A stretch of 64,000 bases of DNA, taken from positions 1 through 64,000 of the IMG/VR virus record IMGVR_UViG_3300036715_002535; one strand, written 5' to 3'. The notes under the pieces are model-generated. The model was not told the origin of the DNA, ran no database searches, and worked only from the letters and a program-made list of their open reading frames with translations. The stretch comes from a virus. Each line of letters opens with the position of its first letter. Position 1 is the first letter of the stretch. Both the position numbers and the translations under genes were made by a program. Below, piece by piece: positions 39,046 to 49,887 of the stretch.

Positions 39046-41139
39046 CCGCAAAAGAAGAATTCGCAAAGAAGTTCGGGATCACCCACCCATTCGTGCTGTC
39101 TCAGAAGAGCCGGTGCGATGAATGCAGTTTCTGGCGGGAGAACTACGAACCTGGCACTCAGTGCGCCGAAGGGCACCAACCCCGCTTCTACAAGCGTGGG
39201 ATGCTCAAGCCCGGTTGCATGAGGGTCTGCGAAGACTTCGATCCGATTAATCCGCCTGAAGGCGCCATCGTACATCCCATCTGAGGTTCCCATGCGTCTT
39301 GCAAGTCCTTCCACCAAGTGGTTCCGCAAGTGGACAAAGAAGCATCTTTCCTGTGGTGGTGGGTTCCGCTCACGGCAGGAGAGACAGGATCTCATGTTCC
39401 GCGCTGCCGAACTCTATCGTTTGGGTTCGACTCCTGAGGCTGCAGGCAACGCGACTGCCAAAGAGCAGTTGCTAAGAGTGGCCTACGATGTCGCACAGCT
39501 TCGTGGAAGTCTCTACTTCGGCAAGAAGAACTGGTCGATGGCGAAGTGGAATGAGATCCCCTATCGTGGGGACATGATTCAGTCACAACTCCCGGGGTTG
39601 GAATGCTGAAGAACGTAACATCTATCAATCCAGAAACCATGAACTTGCTGAATAAGCAAGTCCTGATCACAACGAATCGCAACTCGAAGTACATCGGGAA
39701 GTTGGTTCGCTTGGGGAAAGAGAAGTTCGTCCTCATGAAGGTCACTGGTCTTTCTAAGGCCGGCACCTACAAGTTCATGGAAAGCAATAACCGATCTGGG
39801 AAACGGGAATTCAACTATTCCAGCACCATCGGAATGGTAGATGCCACGAACTACAAGGAACCTGAGTACGAAATCTTAGGCCGTCCAGTCGATCGTGCCG
39901 ACGCCTGCAAGATTCTTCGAGTGCGAGATCCGGAATTGATCGTCTTCCGTCACCTTCTGGAATGCGATTCCCCTGAGCAGTTCTTCGAAGATAACAAAAA
40001 TCTGGAACCGCAAATCTGGTTCGATACCCTGCGGTTCGTATTCATTCCAGTCAAGAGGTCGTAATGCCCCTTCAGAAATTTTTCAATCTGGGTCTCCCCA
40101 AGTGGCCGTGCCTGGTCGTCGTGGGTTCGAAAGTCACCAAGGAACAGGCACAAGAGATCCTCGTTCGTACCGACAGCTGGCGCTTCATGTCAAACGACAA
40201 GGCGCTGGAGAAAGACCTTCATACTCTCGCAGGTCTTTCAGAGCCCTGGGAACCGGAACGGACACTCGCAGAGAGTCAAGCTGCCTGGGAAAAGGACGAA
40301 GAGGTCAAGAAGGTCCATGGAGTCCTGGAGCTCGAGTACCTGACCAACTCCCAGATCGTTTCCTGCTACGTGGGTGGTCCGCATGGCTGGTGCAACTGGG
40401 AAGGTGACATCTTCTGCAACAACTTCAACATTGGCAAGTGGCCTTCTACCGAAGAGGTCTACAACGAATGGTGCCTCATCGCCAAGACCTTCCCTTACCT
40501 GGATCTGCGTTGCCAGCTCATGAATGCGGAGTCCTGCGAAGAGGATCTTCGGCCGGTGATCGAGTACGTGGTGAAAGATGGCAAGGTCGAGATGCTGATT
40601 CCGACCAAGACAATCACAATTCCGGTTTCTCCAAACTTCGAAGAGCAGGCAATGAAGATTGCCTACATGTCCTCCAGAACGAGGGAGTTCGGTTGCACGA
40701 TGAGCGACTTCGCAACTGCCCTGGCTTTGACCCGTTTAAAGGTTTCGGAAGCCTAGGGTCTACCATGGTATGTTTCGCACTCAAAGCGGTCCCTACCGGC
40801 GAAAAACGTGGAGTATGGGCATGATTAGCGAACCCTTCTATGAAGCACTGAAGGTCGCCGCTGGTCCGGTCTCTACTCCACTTTTTTACGTGGATGGGAA
40901 TCCCCGAGCTATTTCCGAAACGATCCGGTAAGGTCGAAGCTCTTTTGAGCGTAGTTCGAGAGAAAAATTGGTCCACCCAGACCGCCCTTCATGGTGAGAG
41001 ATACTTCTTTCGACTGGAAAACGAAAGCCACCGCTTCACCGTTGTGATTGTTCAAGAAGATTTCGATCGAGCTCAGTACGATATCCTGGCCGAGGTTCTT
41101 TATCGTCTCTTACTCTCCTTGGACAATCTTCCGTTATAA
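39042..41139 (+). other. Run of hypothetical genes (39042, 39292, 39603, 40064, about 40894)
   Basis: Contiguous same-strand ORFs. Confidence 0.6.
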
Positions 41140-41157
41140 TTGATCAAAGGTGATCCC

Positions 41158-41484
41158 ATGAAGCTGATTGTCAAAGCGAACCTGAAGAAGTCCGAAGTGG
41201 CTTGCGACATCAACATCAAGAGAGGGGACAAGGTCAAGTCCTACGATTTCCCTGAAAATCTTGAGTTGGATCCAGAACGTGCTGAGCGAAACTACGTGGT
41301 AGGCACCGTCACAGACATCGTAGAGAAACATGATTGCCAGCACTACAAGATTCTGGTCGAATACCGCGTAGTCAGTGGGGAGAAGGAAGAGACCCCTACT
41401 GGTCAGCTTCTCTTCGTTTACCCACCGGTCAATGGAACACCGACTTGGACCGATAAGACAACTTGCGGAGTTGTGAAAGTCTAA
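41158..41484 (+). CDS. Hypothetical protein with MKLIVKANLKKS leader
   Basis: TATAATT at 41135 and AAGGTG RBS. Confidence 0.7.
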   Translation: MKLIVKANLKKSEVACDINIKRGDKVKSYDFPENLELDPERAERNYVVGTVTDIVEKHDCQHYKILVEYRVVSGEKEETPTGQLLFVYPPVNGTPTWTDKTTCGVVKV

Positions 41485-41517
41485 AGACCATCTCCAAAGT
41501 TCGTGGAGGAGGTCTTA
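41484..41517. terminator. Hairpin between convergent transcription units
   Basis: aagaccatctcca-aagttcg-tggaggaggtctt. Confidence 0.55.
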
Positions 41518-41852
41518 CTGATTGCTATGAGCATGTAATTCTTGCAATGGCTCAAGCCTACGAACTCGTTCTTGGGTGGATAGTACTCCAGAAGCTGTTG
41601 AGCTTTGCTCGGTACTCGATGTACTGGGACATGGCACGGATTCGATCATCCGTTGACATCTCATTGAGCATTTTGTTCAGCTCACGATCCGCTGGATCCA
41701 TGTTCCCACCTTCGGGAGGTATTGAGGTAGCAGAATGTATCCGGAGTAAAGTCCGAGGATTCCTAGAACTCCACTAAAAGTAACCGGAGACACAGCTTCA
41801 AATCCTAGCCGACGAACAATGAATCCAAGGAGCACGCAAACTAGAAAGATTT

Positions 41853-43493
41853 TCAATGGAAGAACCTCAGCATCTCTGGCTGGTTGGGGAGTAGCCTAAG
41901 ACTCTGAAGGTAGTTCAAGAATGCTAGGTAAACTATTGTTGCTTCATTGGGACCTTGATCGACTTTGGTTCCTCGAACGTAGAACCCTTCAGGTGTGATG
42001 CGAACGTACTCTATGTCTGCGATTGTAAAAGAAATAGTCCTCTTCTTCTCTTCATCGGTCAAGGCATCCTGAATTGGAGCTTGCTCGTAGCAAATCGGAA
42101 ACTGGCCCATCGGTTCAGGTTCTGGTTGCCACTCGAACCCATCCAAAGCTGGTTGCACGTAAATCGGTTTGGGCCGTTCCTGGACGTACAGGGTCTGTGT
42201 CATTTCAGAAAATCCTTCTTGTAGGCTTCCGCCGTAGCCGGATCAACAGGTTGAAACGGACTTTCAACTGGTGGTTCATTTGTGGTCAAATCCTTGGTCC
42301 ACACCTTAGGAGCTTCCAGATAGACTGGCTCTTTATCCTCGAGGAGGGATAAGGCAAAGATCATCCCATTCGCCATTCCATGGAAGTAGGGATCGAAGTC
42401 CCAAGTTCCTTTCATGCAGGAGATCTCAGTCATCTTGCGAAGTTCTTCGATTTTACTCTTTAGAGTGGGCTTCGCTTTGGTCATGACTTCCCCTTGTACA
42501 CGTAGTTGATCCGAACCTCTTCACCCTTTTGTAGAACTGGATCGATCGTTATCAACCCATAGTCGTCTAGTTCTATTTCAACGTTTTTGTAAAGGAATGG
42601 CAGGCGAAACCCTAGAAACTTTCTTGGGATCTGCGCCTGGACCTTCACAGAACGTCCGTGGTCTCTAGAGTGACCTTGACGGTAACGGGAGGCTGATCCG
42701 GATTCGGGAAGACCCCGCGTGGGAAATAGAGACTCAGTTTGGGTTCCCCATCGTTTTCATACACGTGGGTACCTTTCGTTGATTTACCCAGCTTGAGAGA
42801 AGTAGAAAGGATCTGCATCATGCCCTCTTGGTGATAGTGATTGCGTGTTCTCGAGCGAATTGATGGAGTTCTTGTTCAGAATCGAAAGGCCCGTACTCAT
42901 GCAACTTCTCTTTAGTGTTGCTGTTGTACCCCTTGAGAACGTAGTGATCGATGTAGTGAGGTTGAAGTAGATTGTTCTCGCTGTGCCAGTATATCGGTAC
43001 AATCACCCAAGTCTCATTCGGGCTGATTCTCTTAGCCAAGCATTTCTCCTTCTTTCATGTTTACCATTCCATCCAGAATTTCCGTGGAGGAGGGGCACCC
43101 TTTGAGATTGGGAAAGATTCCCATCATCTTCTCAATGTTACAAGTCAGATTTTGAGCGACTGCCATGGGATCTATCTGATCAAGATCCCATCCGTAGAGA
43201 TCGCTGCTCGACCAGGTTCCCTCTTCTACCTTCTTGTAGAGTTCCAGATGGAGTGGAGCACAAACCAGGATCGCCTTCACCAAGCAATCCCGAATATCCC
43301 TCATCGTTAGCCCTTCGACAAGAGTCTGCCCACGAAGACCATTGTCGGTCCAAGGTTGACCATCGTAAGGCCGTTCCCGATCATTCCTTCGAGCTGAAGG
43401 ACCCTCCGCAGCCCTCATCGCAAATTCTATGAAGGCGATGGGATCCTTCTGGAATTCTTCACCACCACTGTTCACTACCGGTAAGTTGTCCAT
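41853..43493 (-). other. Minus-strand operon of small hypothetical genes (43493, 43039, 42821, about 42648, 42484, 42203)
   Basis: Chain of ORFs with ATGA/GTGA overlaps. Confidence 0.65.
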
Positions 43494-43646
43494 GGATTGT
43501 TAACCTACGAAGGCATCAATCCACATCTATTCTCGCGAGTAGCTTTCGAGCCTCGTTACAAATAGCACAATGACAAGCTTTTGATCCGACATCTTCACTG
43601 CCATTGTTAATTGTAGGTGATTTTACTATTCGTACAAATAATTCGG

Positions 43647-43676
43647 ATTGACATTTTTATTCGTCAATAGTATATT
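43647..43676 (+). promoter_or_regulatory. Palindromic promoter element, covariant copy
   Basis: attgac-10 nt-gtcaat-ag-tatatt (17-nt spacer). Confidence 0.8.
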
Positions 43677-43692
43677 GGTCTGAGGAGAATTT

Positions 43693-43977
43693 ATGCAGAC
43701 CTACCAAGTCAAATACCTTTCGTTCCGAGAAGCGCTCGAACGGTATTGCAATCAGACGAAGGAGGATCTGAAGGAAGTCACAGAACGCTGTAAAACTTGG
43801 CAGCGAAGGTTCCACGCGGAAACCGATGGCCTAATCGTTTTGATGAACAAGAAGGAATTCGTTCACTACCTCTACCAGCTTGGTAGCCAATGGATGATCG
43901 AGAGGGATATTCACCTCTACCTCGAAGTCTACCTGAAAGAAAAAGACGTTACTTATATTTCACTGGATCTTCAATGA
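43693..43977 (+). CDS. Hypothetical protein
   Basis: GAGGAG RBS after promoter. Confidence 0.65.
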   Translation: MQTYQVKYLSFREALERYCNQTKEDLKEVTERCKTWQRRFHAETDGLIVLMNKKEFVHYLYQLGSQWMIERDIHLYLEVYLKEKDVTYISLDLQ

Positions 43978-43990
43978 GAAAGGGTTTGAC

Positions 43991-44665
43991 ATGGAAATGA
44001 CCCCAACCATGAAGCATGAGGTCGAAGCAATCGAGGCGGCTTTCAACGATGGCTACATCTCTCGTTCGGAAGCAGATTCGGCAATCAAGAGGATTCGGAC
44101 CGAACCCTACCTTTTCATCTCGGTTGATGTGGAAGCGGATGGACCCATCCCTGGTCCCCATAATATGCTCTCCCTTGGAGCAGTCGCCTTCACCATCCAC
44201 AAGGGGAACTACAAGGAGCTGGACACCTTCGAGGTGAATCTAGAGCTCCTACCTGAATCCGAACCGATGGATCCTTCGACTGCAAAGTTCTGGAAGGACA
44301 ATCAGGCTGCGTATGATGCTACGCGAGTTAATCAGAAGTCACCCAAGCAATCGATGGAGGACTTCGTCAAGTGGATGGAGACCTTTGGCCGAAAGCCAAC
44401 CTTCATCGCATACCCAGCAGGGTTCGACTTCACCTTCGTGTACTGGTATTTGATGCGGTTCATGAAGAAGAGCCCCTTCAGCTTCAGCGCGCTGGATGTC
44501 AAGACCTTTGCGTGGGCAACCATGGGTGGTGCCTACCACTATGCCATCAAGCGAAACATGCCTAAGAAGTGGTTCGAGGGCTGTGGTGAGCATACCCACG
44601 TGGCAATCGAAGATGCCCGCGAGCAGGCAATCCTCTTCACCAACATCATGAAGGATTCCAAATAG
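43991..44665 (+). CDS. DEDDh 3'-5' exoribonuclease-like protein
   Basis: SVDVEADGP, AGFDF, ALDVKT, H.A.EDA. Confidence 0.85.
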   Translation: MEMTPTMKHEVEAIEAAFNDGYISRSEADSAIKRIRTEPYLFISVDVEADGPIPGPHNMLSLGAVAFTIHKGNYKELDTFEVNLELLPESEPMDPSTAKFWKDNQAAYDATRVNQKSPKQSMEDFVKWMETFGRKPTFIAYPAGFDFTFVYWYLMRFMKKSPFSFSALDVKTFAWATMGGAYHYAIKRNMPKKWFEGCGEHTHVAIEDAREQAILFTNIMKDSK

Positions 44666-44696
44666 CCCTTGACAATTAATTCGTCAAGGGTATATT
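44666..44696 (+). promoter_or_regulatory. Palindromic promoter element
   Basis: cccttgac-aattaattc-gtcaaggg-tatatt, immediately after a stop codon. Confidence 0.88.
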
Positions 44697-44714
44697 TGTG
44701 GGGAAGAGGATAAC

Positions 44715-45239
44715 ATGAAGTATACCGAAGCAGCATTCAAAGCTCTCCGCGAAAAGGCAATCAAGCTCGCGATGGAGAAGCACTTTGGTCAGACGTATGG
44801 CAAGGACAAGCCCTACACCTGGCACCTTCGGCATGTAGCTGACAACGCAATGAAGTGGGCACCTTTTCTTCCCTACGGTGCTCCAGTCGAAGCCATCGTC
44901 ATTGCTGCCTGGCTTCATGACATCATCGAGGACGCAGGATTCACCCGCGAAGAGATCGAGTTCCACTTCGGAAGTGAGGTCGCAGAGATCGTCTGGCGCG
45001 TAACGGATGAGGAAGGTGCCAACAGGGCAGAACGGCACGAGAAGACTTACCCGAAGATTCGTGGCTCGGTCTTCTCAGTCTACCTGAAGCTGATGGACCG
45101 AATCTCCAACATCGAAGCCGGCGGCAAGGCTGGGATGTACATCAAGGAGTTCCCGGGCTTCAAGGCGGCTCTCTATAAGGCTGGGGAGTTCGATCCCATC
45201 TGGGAACATCTCGAAATCATCTTGAAGGATGCTGCATGA
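44715..45239 (+). CDS. Small alarmone hydrolase (RelA/SpoT/Mesh1 HD domain)
   Basis: PY..H, AAWLHDIIED, FG.EVA.IV..VTD, KL.DR.SN. Confidence 0.88.
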   Translation: MKYTEAAFKALREKAIKLAMEKHFGQTYGKDKPYTWHLRHVADNAMKWAPFLPYGAPVEAIVIAAWLHDIIEDAGFTREEIEFHFGSEVAEIVWRVTDEEGANRAERHEKTYPKIRGSVFSVYLKLMDRISNIEAGGKAGMYIKEFPGFKAALYKAGEFDPIWEHLEIILKDAA

Positions 45240-45607
45240 TCTTCGTATTCGGATCCAACCTCGCTGGTATGCACATGGCTGGCGCCGCTGCCTTCGCTGT
45301 TGAAAGGCACGGCGCCATCTTTGGTAAGAAGGATGGACGGCAGGGCAACTCCTACGCCATCCCAACCTGCGACAGCTTCATTGCTCCACTTACGCTGACG
45401 GAGATTCAGATGTACGTGGATGCGTTTATCAACTACACGGTCCAGATACCAGACGAAGAGTTCCAGATCACTCGAATTGGTTGCGGCATTGCCGGTTTCA
45501 CGGATGCTCAGATCGCACCACTATTCAAAGATGCGCCGGTGCTCAACTGCTTGATGCCTCCGGAGTGGGCATCCTACTACCCGAACCATCGTACCTGGAA
45601 GTTCTAG
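45236..45607 (+). CDS. Phage macrodomain-like protein (IFVFGSN family)
   Basis: IFVFGSNLAG.H..GAA, YAIPT, T.IGCGIAG. Confidence 0.75.
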   Translation: MIFVFGSNLAGMHMAGAAAFAVERHGAIFGKKDGRQGNSYAIPTCDSFIAPLTLTEIQMYVDAFINYTVQIPDEEFQITRIGCGIAGFTDAQIAPLFKDAPVLNCLMPPEWASYYPNHRTWKF

Positions 45608-45718
45608 CGCCTCCAGGCATCCTTCAATTGGTTCTTGTGGTACTCTTGTGCTAACGCCTTACCGATTGCATGTCTACGCCTTCGCTCTTCTTCGAAGACC
45701 TCACGTTGAGCATCCTTA

Positions 45719-45841
45719 TCAAAGAATGGTTTGATAACTCCCTGTTGTTATGAAGAGTAGGAGAAATAGCGGTTGTAATAACATTACGAAGAAGGCTAGA
45801 AGTGACCAGGCCGCGATTCCTACAACGAGACCGTTCTGCAT
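45719..45841 (-). CDS. 40-aa membrane peptide ending in CTT-TGA with open +1 frame
   Basis: GGAGG RBS, ATG 45841, MQNGLVVGIAAWSLLAFFVMLL... Confidence 0.5.
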   Translation of the reverse strand: MQNGLVVGIAAWSLLAFFVMLLQPLFLLLFITTGSYQTIL

Positions 45842-46571
45842 TCTTCCTCCAGGATCTTGTACTCGACCAAAACTTTTCTGATCCTCGCAGCAAGATCTGG
45901 ATATAGAGAATCGAAGTCCCAGCACGTTATGAGAAACATTTGTATACTAAAGGATGGGTAAGTATCCAGAACCTTGAGGAATTCTTGAAAAGGGACTGCC
46001 TTCTCATTGAGTACTGCAAAGTGCTGGGCAATATCTAAAGCACACATTCTCGATCGATATACAAGATCGATTCTCCGGAGCATGATAGTACAGAGAACCA
46101 TTCCGATCAGGCAAAGAAAGAGAATCTTCTCTGAACTCATTTCGCAGGCTCTGGGAAGATCAAACGCTGACCATCAGAGGTGATACCCGTCTCGTACCTT
46201 CTGGCCTGCAGCTTCTCGACCAGTTTCCGGTACCCTTCGTTGTCACCTTTTGCCATATCGCTAGCGGTATCGATGTCATCCAGCAGGCTGAAAAGAAATT
46301 CTGCCATCTCCTTGTGGGTCATCAAAGGGTTACCAGCAGGAGTGAAGAAGGTGACTCGAGCTGCCGAAGGTCTGGGAGGTGGTGGGCTTGGAAATTCCTT
46401 GATGAGAGCCTTGTTGAAGGATGGCCCGGCTTTTTCTTTACGTGCGAAAAGCAGTACGAATCCCTTTACTATGTTCGCGGACAAATCCACGCATGCAAGC
46501 GCTACCACGCAAGCAACGGGTGTTCCACAGAATGCGAACAGGTAAGGGTGTGCGAAAGCCCACGGAATCAT
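45820..46571 (-). other. Two membrane-anchored hypothetical genes (46571-46137, 46140-45820)
   Basis: N-terminal hydrophobic segments; ATGA overlap. Confidence 0.65.
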
Positions 46572-46579
46572 CGAATCTC

Positions 46580-48391
46580 CTAAGTAGAAAAGGGATCTGA
46601 CATTGGTATTGCTAAGGAGATAACCCGGTCTTTCTCTCTAAACATTAGTCCTAGATTTTCCAGTTTACGTAAAATTCCATCTACATCTCGGTAAGTAAAT
46701 CCATTCGAAAGAAGAATGGGATCCTCCGAAAGGCGGTCAAGTGAAACGATGTCCAAGCAGAGATGGTAGATGCGGCTTTCGTTTTCGTCCAAGGAGTACC
46801 GCGCGGATCTACCCGGTCTCTCATCCTCGACTACTACCTTCTCCCCAAGTCTGTAGTATCTTAGGAGCTTCTGTCCCTTCTTTTGCCGGTAGTTCTGGAT
46901 CCATTCCCTCACCACGCGAGTGAGTTCTAAACTGTAGGGTGCAGAATCAATCCCATCATAGTTGAACTTTGTCGCAATTCTATAGAGCTGTTCTCTATCA
47001 AGCGGGTACAGGAACTGGAAGATTGGTTCTGGATCTCGAATCACAATTCCATATTTCTCCGGGAAGTCGAAGAGCTGGGATCCCCTGGATAGGTAGTATT
47101 CGATCACACCATTCGGAGGATAGAGATGCTGAAGTTTGTAAGCTAGCTCGGCCATTCGCAGGTACTCAGTAGGATCCTCGGAATGGAATCCACGAATGAT
47201 GTTCCAAGTCAAAGGAATGTCCAACCACTTGCAGAACTTCAAAAATCGAACGTTCTGGATTGCTGAAACACCCTTAGAGATAAGCTCGAGGATGGGGGTA
47301 CTAAGACTTTCAATCCCTGGCTGAAGTACCCGCGCTCCGGCCCTCTTTAAAAGTTTCAGATCTTCTAGACCAGTGTTACTCTTGAGTTCGAAGAAGAGCT
47401 CTAGGTTGTACTTCGACTCAATCAACGATTCGAGAATCTTAGTCCCGTCCTTGTAATCGAGGATACTGTCGACTGCGTAGAACTTGTACACCCCATGCTG
47501 ATCTGCAAGACGAAGAACATCGGCTACAACCTTCTCCCAGTTCTTCCTTCGGTAAGGAGTAGTGAAGACATCTTCCGCACAGAATGTGCAAGGGTGCTTG
47601 AAACCCCACCAGCAACCACGACCGGTCTCGTACTGAATGTATACGTCCCGCTTGACCTCATCCAGTTTCAACCTATCGATACGTTCAAAGAACTCCTCGT
47701 GATTGGGATCCTCGAATTGATCACCCTCGACCTTGTTCGACAGGTCTGCAAAGTAGATTCCAAGATCCGAACGAATGGACGCACAGGGATGAGAGGTCAA
47801 ACCTGCCTGCAACCCCTTTACGAACTCCGGTAGAGCTACCTCAGCATCACCATGCCAGATCGCATCCAACCATCCGAAGTTTTCAAGTAGGGCTTCTCCT
47901 ACACCATGGACAAGTCCCGGTCCACCAAAGATGACCTTGATACGAGGATTCAGCTCTTTGATTCTCTTCGCCAGAACCAGGGAAGCAACGAACTGAGCAA
48001 GCACTATTGTGAAGCCCACAATCTTAGGATTTGATTCTACGATCTCAAGAGCCAGCTTCTCCACGAATTCCGGGGTTGCCGCTTTGATGTCGAAGTACAG
48101 ATCAGGAAGAATCTGCTGAAGGGTCTCAGAGTCGTCTATCCCTTTGAAGGTGGGGTTAGTGAAGACCCACTCCGCGTACTCCATGCTCTGACTGATCTCT
48201 AGGTACTGTAGCCTACTGGTTACAAGCTTTCGTTCGTACAGGAAAGAGTAGTAATCCAGGTTCGCGGAAAGAGACCCAACCTTGAGACCCGCTTTACTTA
48301 GAACGGTATGAACGATTCCAAGTTGAATACTTGGGTCCAGAGTAACCCACGGCATCGAAACCGTTAGGAAATCTAGATCCTTTGGGATCAT
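46580..48391 (-). CDS. Cobalamin-dependent radical SAM C-methyltransferase, RiPP-maturation family-like
   Basis: VSMPW...PSIQLG start, B12-binding region (IVGFT...Q...IFGG), ETGRGCWWG.KHPCTFC, QPGIESLS, WNII.GF. Confidence 0.85.
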   Translation of the reverse strand: MIPKDLDFLTVSMPWVTLDPSIQLGIVHTVLSKAGLKVGSLSANLDYYSFLYERKLVTSRLQYLEISQSMEYAEWVFTNPTFKGIDDSETLQQILPDLYFDIKAATPEFVEKLALEIVESNPKIVGFTIVLAQFVASLVLAKRIKELNPRIKVIFGGPGLVHGVGEALLENFGWLDAIWHGDAEVALPEFVKGLQAGLTSHPCASIRSDLGIYFADLSNKVEGDQFEDPNHEEFFERIDRLKLDEVKRDVYIQYETGRGCWWGFKHPCTFCAEDVFTTPYRRKNWEKVVADVLRLADQHGVYKFYAVDSILDYKDGTKILESLIESKYNLELFFELKSNTGLEDLKLLKRAGARVLQPGIESLSTPILELISKGVSAIQNVRFLKFCKWLDIPLTWNIIRGFHSEDPTEYLRMAELAYKLQHLYPPNGVIEYYLSRGSQLFDFPEKYGIVIRDPEPIFQFLYPLDREQLYRIATKFNYDGIDSAPYSLELTRVVREWIQNYRQKKGQKLLRYYRLGEKVVVEDERPGRSARYSLDENESRIYHLCLDIVSLDRLSEDPILLSNGFTYRDVDGILRKLENLGLMFREKDRVISLAIPMSDPFST

Positions 48392-49871
48392 TAGTAATCC
48401 TCGGATGGACCTATTGAAGGATGACCACCGAACTCAATAGTCGTTCCACCCTTTGGTTTGATGTCGGGGAACCGGTGTCGAAAGACTTCTGGAATTGCTA
48501 CAAGCCGTTCAATACACTCAAAGCAAAGAAGGGCATGGCGCTCCGCGTCTCCGATCAAAACGACCCGAGACTCCTGATGGCACTCACTGCACCAACCTTC
48601 AGTTACTCTCAATCAACAATCCTTCTACTGGAAGCAATCTCGTGATGAATGGACCTCCACGCATTACCAAAGTTTACGAGCAGTTCTTCAAGTCTACCTT
48701 GCCGAACCCACCACATTTTGAAGTCGTCTTCTGTGAGGGGTACATCGTTCTGAATGATTGTACGTTGATTGATTACCTCTGACTGAATAGGTTGGAAGCG
48801 ATCCTGAGAATCTTTCCCAGAGCGCCTCACGACCCTCGATCTTATATTCGGCCATTGTTGGGCTCGAGTTCTAAGTTGAGGACTCCAGTGACCGGAAGAC
48901 CCTTCCGAACCGCTTTACGATTGGCACGACGCTCTTCAGCACGCTGGCGCCTACGCTCCTGACGGTTGCCCTGATAGTGATCCAAGGGAACACGACGGGA
49001 CAGGACATGACCTTCGATCTTTAGTTCCTCAAGTCTTGCATCCATGGCTTCCCGAAGGGCGGTTTCGTTCGCAGCGTGAAAGACTTCCTGAAGGACCTTC
49101 TGTCCTTCAGTTGTGGTGTAGTGTGTCTCTTGCATTACTGTGCCTTTCCAAGGAAGCTGAGGATGCCCTTACGTGGTTTCTCTTGTTCGATATCAATCGT
49201 CTGAACCAGAGATCCGATCGAATTGAACTTGTAGTTTGGCTCCACACCCAGACACTCCTGAATGAGTGAAGGCACCGCGCCCCGAATCTCCTTCGGCATG
49301 TCCGCGAAATTGATGCAGTGAAGTGGATTCAGAATCCGATAGGCTTCGTTCTTGGGGTTGATATCTAGCATCGTAGCTACGCTATCGATTGTGCAGATAC
49401 TGAAATGCCCCTTCGACATCATGTTGTTCAGTGCAGTTATTGCTACAAGTTTTTTGATGTCGTCTGCCATGATCCCCTCTAATTAGGGTTGAAACCCGGA
49501 AATATTCCGAGGTCCTACCAAAGTGCCTTGCGCATCTCGGTAGTAAACGAACGGCTGACCAGAATTTACGTAGCAGATCTCAAGGTTCTTGAGAGTCGCA
49601 GGGTCTGTTCCGGTTGCTTTCCACGTGTAAGGTGCAAGATCGAACATGAGAACCTCCTATCTTTCTAACCCATGATACCCTTGAGAGGCTCCTGAGGATT
49701 CTCAATATCATTGAGAATGAAAGTCAAGCGCTCGATTTCCTTCAGGGGACTGAATTCTTCTAGGCTATCGTAGTCCACACCTTTCAAGGGAAGGGTGAAG
49801 ATGTAACGGACCTCACCCTGAACCATACGAGGTCCAGACCAGTGTTTGGGGTCTAAGAAAGGATTTTCCAT
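48391..49871 (-). other. Small hypothetical genes between release factor and radical SAM gene (49871, 49470, 49135, 48830, 48612)
   Basis: Contiguous minus-strand ORFs; 48612-48391 has CxxC...CxxC. Confidence 0.6.
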
Positions 49872-49887
49872 ACTGGAGTAACCAAAA

